NCBI GenBank assembly: GCA_013335095.1
Contig: JAAXWF010000004.1
Coordinates: 74,740-138,739 of the forward strand
DNA length: 64,000 bases
Direction: 5' to 3'
DNA from: a candidate division WWE3 bacterium
GTDB lineage: Bacteria > Patescibacteriota > 4484-211 > GCA-002791395
Shown here: in pieces, positions 50,014 to 61,400 of the stretch
Numbering within the stretch: position 1 is the stretch's first letter
Layout of the letters: each line of letters opens with the position of its first letter
Made by a program: the position numbers and the translations under genes
Notes under the pieces: generated by a model
Told to the model about the DNA's origin: nothing
Database searches by the model: none
The model's input: only the letters and a program-made list of their open reading frames with translations

Positions 50014-50822
50014 AATCGACACAATTAAAAACATCATTTGAGGAATTAAAGTCACTGACTGCTCCAGCAAGATTGCGCTTACGGATAGAAAAGCTATCGC
50101 AACAACTACCTCATAAAAATCAAAATTGGAACCGATTTAGTCGGTTTACACCCCTCAATTTAGCCCTGGCTCTATTAGTCGTAATGGCAGTGGGGGGGCC
50201 AGGGCTCGCATGGGCATCGGAAACTAGTCACTCAGGCGAAATATTATATCCAATAAAAAAACTTACACAAACTTTGCAGTTATCATTAACAGATTCTCCA
50301 AAGGAACAAGTTGATATTCATGTAGAATATGCCGAAAAGGAGATTGAACAAATCAGAGGTTCATTAGCAAATAATGAAATTGTAGCGATACCAACGGTAT
50401 CAGCAGAATATGAACACGAAATCAATGATGCAGTTCAAGTAATTCAGGAAACCCAAAGCGATACCAGTGATGTCATAGAAAAAGCGACTGAGACACTCGA
50501 TAAACACAGTCAAAAACTAGAGGAACTACTCGATCAAGCCCCTTCCCCTGCTCAAGAAACGATTGCTCAAACAATTATCTCGGTTCAAAAGACAAAACAA
50601 ATTTTGGCCGATCAGCAAGAGGAAATTCAAAAAAGAATTATTGTCCCTACAGTGCCCGCAATACCGACCGTTCCTTCAGTGCCAACCGCAATTCCGATAC
50701 CTACGATAGCAAGAACCATACCAACCATCGCATTAACGACATCACCTACTCCGACTAATATGCTAATCGAGCTACTAACTCCAACAGCAACACCCATAGA
50801 AAAACAACCCGAAGGGAGGTGA
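50010..50822 (+). CDS. DUF5667-like membrane protein, putative anti-sigma partner
   Basis: 270 aa. Gene overlaps the ECF sigma stop by 4 nt. Single TM helix, helical extracellular region, Pro/Thr/Ile-rich repeats near the C-terminus. Confidence 0.45.
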   Translation: MKSTQLKTSFEELKSLTAPARLRLRIEKLSQQLPHKNQNWNRFSRFTPLNLALALLVVMAVGGPGLAWASETSHSGEILYPIKKLTQTLQLSLTDSPKEQVDIHVEYAEKEIEQIRGSLANNEIVAIPTVSAEYEHEINDAVQVIQETQSDTSDVIEKATETLDKHSQKLEELLDQAPSPAQETIAQTIISVQKTKQILADQQEEIQKRIIVPTVPAIPTVPSVPTAIPIPTIARTIPTIALTTSPTPTNMLIELLTPTATPIEKQPEGR

Positions 50823-50826
50823 TTAC

Positions 50827-51324
50827 GTGAATACCTTATTATTATTTTTAGCAGGAATCGCCATGACATTGGCTACACCAACCGTGCATCCGATTGATTC
50901 ATTTGTATTACCTGAAATCACTCCGGTATTACTACAACAAGATTTTGAAGAGCCGCTCCCTTCTGATCCTGAAAATATGATAAGTCAGGTTCAAGTAACA
51001 AACGATTTACCAGAGATCGTTTCTGAAAGTAATGAGCCTAGCGTAGAACAAGCGCTTGTACAGGAAGAGCATCAAATACCGGATTCAAACGTTGTAGAGA
51101 GTCAGGACACAATGGTTACCGTACACATCGATGCTGATGAACCAATGGTAATTGACCAGAACAACGAAGGTACGGTTATTTCAAAACAAGAGGTTCGTAG
51201 CGATGGATTATCAAAACTACAGATAAAACTTCCGACATCAACAAGTTCGATTAAGTTTGATTCAACGGGAGAATCCATTACTACTCATAAGGTTACGATC
51301 AAAGTTACTGGCGTTGGATCATAA
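50827..51324 (+). CDS. Secreted acidic hypothetical protein
   Basis: 165 aa. Signal peptide, acidic low-complexity region. Followed by inverted repeat AAGTCCC-N10-GGGGACTT. Confidence 0.4.
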   Translation: MNTLLLFLAGIAMTLATPTVHPIDSFVLPEITPVLLQQDFEEPLPSDPENMISQVQVTNDLPEIVSESNEPSVEQALVQEEHQIPDSNVVESQDTMVTVHIDADEPMVIDQNNEGTVISKQEVRSDGLSKLQIKLPTSTSSIKFDSTGESITTHKVTIKVTGVGS

Positions 51325-51361
51325 CGTTGTCCACGGGAAGTCCCTCTAAAACGCGGGGACT

Positions 51362-52360
51362 TTACCGCTGAACATCACTAAATACCTGCGTAAACATTTT
51401 TCCATAATACCCATTATCAATTACCCCGATACCCATGCTTCGAAACTCAGGTCGAAGTATGTTTTCACGATGTCCGGTTGAATTCATTAGTCCTAAGTGC
51501 GCGGTTTTTACGGTCGGAGCAAGAGCTAGGTTTTCCCCTGCAAGAGTATAGACATAATCGACCTGTTCGAGACGATCAGCAATATTAAATCCATCGGGAG
51601 AATAGTGGGAGAAGTATTTTCGTTCCCACATATCTTTTGAATGATTTCTCGCGACCTCAGAGAGTCGATCATCATATACTAATGCGGGCAAATTACGACT
51701 AATACGCTCATCATTTACCAGTTCAAATAGCTCCCTTTCCGCATTGGTATCAACTGATAAGTTAAACGAATCGATTTCGAGAGGAACCGACTCTGTCGAA
51801 CCTGGCTTGGTGATTTTGTATGTTAACGATTCCTCTATAGCCTCTCCAAAAATTGCTTCGATCGTTTGCTCCAAACCAGATGTTTGGGAAATCATCCATC
51901 CACCAATCGCCGACTGTACAATTTGGGTTTTAATCGAAGGAGTTATTGGCAAGGTAATGATTAACATCAATACAAAACTAATTAGTATAAGTCCCTGTCC
52001 AATCGACGGAATAAGACTTAGGATTCGAAAATGAGGATGACTTTCATCATGTTTATTGAAGCGAGCGATTGCGTAACTTAGCAACGAACCAACAATAATT
52101 TCGATCAACAATGAGACGGCCAAAAAACCTAATGCTTTCGAAGTGGCTTCACTCCAGTGGAATACCTCAACGAATAAGTTGCCCATATACCGGTAAAAAA
52201 CAAATGATCCAATAAGTGCTAGTAGAAAGGTAAAAAAGTTAGCAATACTAGTCCATACCCCGACAATCCATGCCTGGAAAATAAACCACGAGAGTACAAC
52301 AATAATTATAGTATCCACCCAATTCCAAGAGCCCCAAATATACTGGAATAATGTAATCAT
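51362..52360 (-). CDS. CvpA-like membrane domain fused to CAP (SCP/PR-1) domain
   Basis: 332 aa. N-terminal four TM helices (CvpA-like). C-terminal CAP signatures (HYSPDGFN...GENLA...TGHRENIL). Confidence 0.55.
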   Translation of the reverse strand: MITLFQYIWGSWNWVDTIIIVVLSWFIFQAWIVGVWTSIANFFTFLLALIGSFVFYRYMGNLFVEVFHWSEATSKALGFLAVSLLIEIIVGSLLSYAIARFNKHDESHPHFRILSLIPSIGQGLILISFVLMLIITLPITPSIKTQIVQSAIGGWMISQTSGLEQTIEAIFGEAIEESLTYKITKPGSTESVPLEIDSFNLSVDTNAERELFELVNDERISRNLPALVYDDRLSEVARNHSKDMWERKYFSHYSPDGFNIADRLEQVDYVYTLAGENLALAPTVKTAHLGLMNSTGHRENILRPEFRSMGIGVIDNGYYGKMFTQVFSDVQR

Positions 52361-52457
52361 ACGATCATTGTACTGTGATGTAACACGGACTATCCAGTAT
52401 TGCGGTATAATCCAGCTAGACAGAGCCCCACGTTTAACATTAGATTGCTAGAACATC

Positions 52458-53165
52458 ATGCTTACCCACATTCGCCGGAATCAAACACTACTCATATTTA
52501 TAATTGGATCTATCGGCACGATAGCTGCGTATGTACTCTTTGTGCAATCGACCTATTTTATTATATTTACCACATGGGCCAAAGATCACCCAATTATTCT
52601 ATTCTTTGCTCTAGTGTCAGTAAAAATACTTTCAATTATTTGGCCACCACTGTCGGGAAGTATGCTACTAATCGGAATGATTCCAGCGATTGGATGGCCG
52701 TCAATTTATTTGATTGATTTTGTCGGAAGTATCATAGGATCATCAGTTTCATATTTCATCGGTGAAAAATACGGAATTACCTTCCTAAAAAAACTTTTTG
52801 ATGATGTAACGATTGAAAAGATTCAAAGTATCCATTTAATTCCAACAAGAGAAATTGAAGCAATATTTATACTACGAGTACTGTCAGGCGGAGTATTTTT
52901 TGAAGCAGTGTGTTATGGCGCTGGAATTATCGGGGCAAAATTCTCACATTTTTTTATTGCAAATGTGCTATTCCACCTAACGGTTGGCATTCCGATGTTC
53001 TATTTATTTGGCAATATTATGATTGGATCAAACCGATACCTCAGTATTGGCCTTCTCATAGGTATGGGGCTGCTTATTTATCGCTTGAGAAAGCGTTATT
53101 TCATCGTTAAACCGCGTATTGCAGCTCAAGATGTAACTACATCGTCTCGAAACCCCAAAAGATAG
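52458..53165 (+). CDS. DedA/TVP38 family membrane protein
   Basis: 235 aa. Multiple TM helices and conserved G-rich DedA motif region (FVGSIIGSSVSYFIGEKYG). Confidence 0.55.
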   Translation: MLTHIRRNQTLLIFIIGSIGTIAAYVLFVQSTYFIIFTTWAKDHPIILFFALVSVKILSIIWPPLSGSMLLIGMIPAIGWPSIYLIDFVGSIIGSSVSYFIGEKYGITFLKKLFDDVTIEKIQSIHLIPTREIEAIFILRVLSGGVFFEAVCYGAGIIGAKFSHFFIANVLFHLTVGIPMFYLFGNIMIGSNRYLSIGLLIGMGLLIYRLRKRYFIVKPRIAAQDVTTSSRNPKR

Positions 53166-53421
53166 TCACTTTATTATGTGAGGTTTTTATTATTCCTTTA
53201 CCGATGGTAAACTCGATTGATTTTCCATCCGGCGGCTGAATGACAACTCTATCCTGAATCAAAGAAATAAAGTTTACATGAAAAGGAAGAATATCAAACG
53301 GTCCAGTATCATTTAGACACGTAACCGATGTTGCGGGTCCATCATATAGGACTGCATCAGTACTTCTCACAAAGACTGATAGAATCGGGTTATCGAGTAC
53401 AAGTGGCAGAGGTGTATCCAT
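53137..53421 (-). CDS. atpC: F-type ATP synthase epsilon subunit
   Basis: 94 aa. Beta-sandwich N-domain pattern (GPFDILPFH). Position immediately downstream of atpD. Confidence 0.6.
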   Translation of the reverse strand: MDTPLPLVLDNPILSVFVRSTDAVLYDGPATSVTCLNDTGPFDILPFHVNFISLIQDRVVIQPPDGKSIEFTIGKGIIKTSHNKVTIFWGFETM

Positions 53422-53424
53422 AGA

Positions 53425-55719
<2,295 letters not shown>

Positions 55720-55723
<4 letters not shown>

Positions 55724-57183
55724 AGATTTGCGAATTCGTCTTTTATCTGAGAAACATTCTTCAATAACTGATCAAGAGAAGTCGCTTGAACGACTTTAGT
55801 CATCTTTTTTCGCTTATGCTCATCTAAATAGATATCAATCAGCTTTTTTCGGACTTCAAATAAAGCCTCAGTGTTTTTATCGGATAAAGCGCCGATCCAG
55901 ATCAAAGCAAACAATATAAGTTGAACATCTGGAGGAATAATTAAATTGTAGTGTTGATCAAACAAATCATGAATACGATCACCTAATGCAATCATTTGTT
56001 TAACTTCATCTGTTAATTCGGCTCCAAAGTGCGAATAGGTTTGGGATTTTTCATACGCCGATAAAAATGCCCCGAGTTCCCTATTGATCTCGCGCTTTAA
56101 GTTAGTTTGTGTCTGTCGACCGACACGGGTAACCGAAAGCTGAATGTTAATAGCCGGACGTTTACCGTTATAGTAAGCGTTACTATCGAAAAAGATATGA
56201 CCATCGGTCATTCCCATCAAATTGGTTGGGATGTACCCTGAAATATCACCGTCAACAGTTTCTATAACCGGCAAACAGGTAATCGAAACCTCACCCTTTT
56301 CTGGATGTCTAAAGTTACCTGCACGTTCAATCAATTTCGCATGCGTGTAAAAGATATCTCCCGGATATGAATCTCGTCCAGGGAATCGCCTGGCAAGCAA
56401 TGAAATCTCACGATAAAACTTAGCATGCTGCGACAAATCATCCAAAATCAATAAAACATCTTGGCCAAGGTCTCGAAAATATTCGGCAATGGTCATTGCG
56501 GAATACGGCGTTAAATACACAAGGCTGGGAGAATCATTTGAACTAGTGACGACCATCACCATATTTTTATCGATCCGCTCACGTCGGAAATGCTCCTGAA
56601 GCCGTTTAATCTCGGCCTTCTTTGCACCGATACATGCGTACACAACTAAAGAGTCTTCGTGGACCTGATTCTTTATTGCAGATAGCAAAAATGAAGTTTT
56701 ACCGGTTTTCCGATCACCCAAAATGAGCTCTCGTTGTCCTTTACCCAATGGAACCATCATATCGACAACGGTAACGCCAGTCGTAAAAGGCCGCTTAATC
56801 CGAGACCGGGTTTGTATTGCACCGATTTCATGATCAATCGGACGATATTCAGTTGGTTTCTCGTACATGTCTTCGGTGGATAACAAATTCCCCAGAGGAT
56901 CAAACACGTATCCAAGCAATTCTTTTCCGACCGGAACAGTTATAAAGGTATCACTGCGTACGACTTGAGTTCCGACACGAATAGGATCCTGGGAAAAGAC
57001 CAAAATTTCGACAACATCATGATTAATCGTAAATACTTCACCTATCTTTCCATCATCAAACACAACGACTTCATATAAGCGAACATTCGGTAAGCCGACA
57101 ACGACTACAATCGGATGACGAACTTCTTTTACATATCCGAACTCACCTATAGAATCAAAATATTCTGCGAATGTTTTTACCAT
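55720..57183 (-). CDS. atpA: F-type ATP synthase alpha subunit
   Basis: 487 aa. P-loop GDRKTGKTS, conserved ILDDLSQHA and arginine-finger region. Confidence 0.9.
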
Positions 57184-57184
57184 A

Positions 57185-57682
57185 TTATTTTAATGTTGTT
57201 GCGATTATTGACGATACTGAAACTTCACTCAGTGCCTTACGAAGTGAATAATCTTTATAGTACCCACCCGCCTGGATTAGTGCGCCACCAATGATATCCG
57301 TATCAACACTTATATCCAATAAGATTTTACGATTAAAATTTTGCGCTAACCAACTATTGAGTTGTTTCATCTGAAATCCTTTTGGTTCATACGCAATCGT
57401 TATTTTTAATGTAGGAATTGAAGAAAGTTCTTTTTTGAGTAACGTTAATTCGCGTTGTACCGAGACCCGATCTTGAATATCTACCCCCGATTCGCGGACC
57501 CATTGCATAACTTGGAGTTTATAGTTTATTGAGACACACCGATCGAACTTATCATCCATCGACTCCTTGAACTTAAACAATGATTCGATGAGCTCATCTA
57601 TTTGACTGATCAAATTATGCAACTCAGCCGCCGTGTTCAGATCTTCAAATAACTGGATAATAGAAAGTCGCCGCTTAATCAT
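57185..57682 (-). CDS. atpH: F-type ATP synthase delta subunit
   Basis: 165 aa helical protein located between atpF and atpA. Assignment is mainly positional. Confidence 0.5.
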   Translation of the reverse strand: MIKRRLSIIQLFEDLNTAAELHNLISQIDELIESLFKFKESMDDKFDRCVSINYKLQVMQWVRESGVDIQDRVSVQRELTLLKKELSSIPTLKITIAYEPKGFQMKQLNSWLAQNFNRKILLDISVDTDIIGGALIQAGGYYKDYSLRKALSEVSVSSIIATTLK

Positions 57683-58376
57683 ATTTTAGAAGTCCATCTT
57701 CCTTAGCTTGGCTCAAGGCCTTTATAACAAGTGTTTCATGATCATTGATTGATATGGCATCTGGTAATATCTCCTGGGCTAGGTGCAAAATAATATCATC
57801 GAGAGATTCCTCCATCTCCTGAATACGGTATTTTTTATAATTGGCGATTTCTTGCTGAGCATTATTAAATTCTTGATCAACCTTTTTCTCTAAATATTCC
57901 TGCAAAGAAAGGCTCTTACTCTGTAAGGCTTCTTGAATATGACCTAATTCCTGATCACCTAATGTACGAACTTTGTTCATAGTTTCTTCCACCGCATTCG
58001 CATAATCAGTCTTTAAGATGTTGAAGGTCTCATCATATTGTTTACTGAGTTGGTCTAGTTTTTGGCTTAATTCAGTCGAAAATTGTTCTACCGCGCCATT
58101 TAAATCATGGTTGACCTTATCTTTCATCCGATCGGTAAAAAAGTCGGTTTGTTTTAATATTTCAGTTGATTTATCAATAGCCTCGGCGATCATCATTTTT
58201 TCCTTTTGATGAGCCTGGTCTAGTATATCGTCGCTGTTGGAAGTCAACTTATGTTCATGATTCTCATATGATTTTTTCTTATCCATTAAGTAAAACAGCG
58301 TTAGACCAAGCAAGATCATCAATAACGTATTACCTAATAGAGAGATAAAAATTAACAGATTAGTGAACATGGGCAA
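57675..58376 (-). CDS. atpF: F-type ATP synthase b subunit
   Basis: 233 aa. Single N-terminal TM helix followed by long charged coiled-coil. First gene of the atp cluster. Confidence 0.5.
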   Translation of the reverse strand: MPMFTNLLIFISLLGNTLLMILLGLTLFYLMDKKKSYENHEHKLTSNSDDILDQAHQKEKMMIAEAIDKSTEILKQTDFFTDRMKDKVNHDLNGAVEQFSTELSQKLDQLSKQYDETFNILKTDYANAVEETMNKVRTLGDQELGHIQEALQSKSLSLQEYLEKKVDQEFNNAQQEIANYKKYRIQEMEESLDDIILHLAQEILPDAISINDHETLVIKALSQAKEDGLLKYD

Positions 58377-58457
58377 TGATTCGCTAAATTTATCTTATAC
58401 TATTACATCTAAAAGAGGAATTACTACAACAGAAGCCCTGTTGTATAAGCCAGCGGA

Positions 58458-61400
58458 CTACCAGATTGCGCTCCAATATATGGTTGCATCAGTAGCAGAA
58501 GCGGATTCTACATAAATAACAAATCCATCTTTGGTGATCGATTCAACCCAGACCTTCGTATTATATGAAGGAGTTGTATTGATACTCTTTGGAGCCTCTT
58601 TCCAATCTTTAACCACAGGGATTCGGACTTGTCCGGCCGGTAGCGCAATTGAGCCACGGATCGAATCATTGGCATAGATCAAACCTTCTTTAATCTTGAG
58701 GTTTCCATCGATATCTACTTCGACTGCGCCGCCCATTATATCGAGGCTAGCCGCTCGAGTTGGTTGCAGTTTCAACGAAGATGCAACTGTTTCTAAGGAA
58801 CCGTTTTCACCATTAATCGTCAACATTCCGTTAGTTATATTCTTATTTACGACCAATTCTCCAACCGTTGCCTTTCCAAGAACAGTTAATGAATCCGAAA
58901 TTGCAGCATTTGTTAACTCGACTGAATTCATCTTCAATGTAGCACTTGTTTCTAATAGGGTGGCTAAATCATTGGCCGCTCCGCTAAAGGCACTCGGCTG
59001 ATACCAACCAGCTTGAATCATGACCAAAATTTGAGCACATCGAGATCCCGACGGCGCACCCTTAGGACATGCTATTGGCTCACCAACGCCATTATTCGGA
59101 TCAAATGGAGAAAGGGCTCGGCCAATTACCCAACCTGCATCAATTGCTTTTTGTCCAAATCCAATAACATCACTACCCGAGATTGGATCTCCAACTTCGA
59201 TATTTCCCGCTGTTGAGACTACATTAACCGGGATACGTCCGTTCAACGCAACGGCAACTTCTTTCTTGCTGCGTGGATCATTGCTTTGTCCAAACCCACC
59301 AAGTAAGACACCTGGTTTTTCAGATATTGCTCCGAGTACAGCACTTCGACTATTAGCTTTCTTTACGAATTCAGTTTCATAATCACCACTCTGAAATGCG
59401 CCAGGTACTGCATCTGGAACAGTTTGTGGATCAATCGAAACAAGGTCGCCAGCCTGTATAGATTCATCCAGTGTTGGGAAGTTTTCCGCTATATCATCAA
59501 TAGCAAAACTCGAAGAAATACCATATACAGTACCAGCCGCACGTGAAGCATCAATACAATCATCAGCGGTATCTAAACTATCGTCAGCACAAATAGCACC
59601 ATAGGCTAAGATTCCACTACCACCAATATTGGTTGAGGTTAAGGTCTGATCGCTACTTAATACAAGATCGTTGTTAATAGACACGTTACCAGCAGCTTCT
59701 AGAATAATTCCACCACTGTTGAATGTTCGCATTGTTAAGTCATTGCTTTCAAAGCTCTCACCCGCTTCGATGGTAAATGGACCATTCGATTTAATATAGG
59801 CGGCGGTTTGATTACTGAATAACATATCATACGCAATGGCAACGTCACCGGCAGCATTAAAGGAGTGTGGTAATTCCGAGGTAATTGCAGTTTCGGTAAT
59901 AGAGAACAACGATGAAGTACCGTCACGGGCAATAAATACATTACCAACGTTACCGTTAGAACCGACAGTGACCGCAAAAACATCACCCGTTGCAGTGGTC
60001 GCTGATCCAGGTGTCCAGTTAACGTTCATGACCGTACCGGTAGTTAATGCGGTTGATGATGACCCAAAGGTATATGCCGTACCGGTTGTTAATGAATTGG
60101 AGGCATACGTTAATCCGTTAGTTGTAGTACCAGTGAAGTTTTGTGTCCAAGTATTCGAGCCTTGGTTCACAACGAGCGCTGCGTCTAAGTCCAACGTGTC
60201 CTCAAGCTCAGCGAAGTCGAGACAATCGGTACAAGCAAAATCAGTCGCGTTAACCGTATCACCACTAAATGTAACGCTAGAGCCGGTCGTTGATACGGTA
60301 AGATTTCCTGATGAGTCAGTCTGAAATTCACTATAAACAGATCCATCAGTATATGTTAACCGAAGTTGCGCGGCAGATGCATCTAATACATCAAGTCGAC
60401 GATCGGGTCCGGAAGTACCAATACCTACATTAGCCGAAAAATAGTTTGAATCTTCGCCAGTTGAATAAATACCCCAGGCAGTGGCGGCAGCATCTGTTTG
60501 GGTAAATGCGGAATAATATCCATATACGTTATCGTTACCGGTGGCGTTTGCATCAATGGTGATATCATTTCGGATTGCATACATTGTTCGGGTTGAACCT
60601 GTATTTGTATCTTCAAAGTCAACCGAAAAACCAATCGCATTGCCAGTCGAAGAATCGATATTTACATCAATGACACCTGCCGTAGTGGTTGTATCAGTAG
60701 CCGCTGCATCAATTTGGAGATAGTTTGCGGCAGGTAAACTCCATACAGTGTTTCCTGAATCATTAACTGTTAAAACCGTGGTTCCGTTATCCTGAACGAT
60801 AAAATCACCAGTCGATGACAAGTTCGTGGTAACATTACCCGCACCGCTCGCAGTAAAGGTTAAATTATTAGCACCCATTGTGATACCCGTTGAAGCATCA
60901 AGGGTCATGGCATCAATAAGTTCAGTAAAATCGAGACAATCAGTACACACAAAGTCAGACGCCGTAATCGTACTACTGCTAGCCAAAATGTTTCCACCAC
61001 TAAATGACCACTCATCATTTGTAGTGTACGTAATCGTTCCGGTATCTCCATCTGACGCAAACATTGAAAGTACGGCATTAGCGGTTGCTCCAGTGCCGAT
61101 ACGTGCGGTGTTAGCCGAGACGTCAACGCTAAATGCGGACGCCAGAGTCGATCCACCAACCGCAAAATCCTCAGCTGTATCAGTTAAATACGTAATACCA
61201 GTGCCATCGGTCCATGGACTTGAAGCACCGCCACATGTCTGCCATTCAAATGTAGAGCCCGTTGATTCATAAGTTAGACATTCTTCATCAGCCTCTGAAT
61301 CAACCGAAGCCATATCTACGGGTAAAAGAGTATCATCTAAGATCTCACCAGCACTAATTGATCCAGTAGGCAGCACAACCTCACTGTCGCCGGTACCATT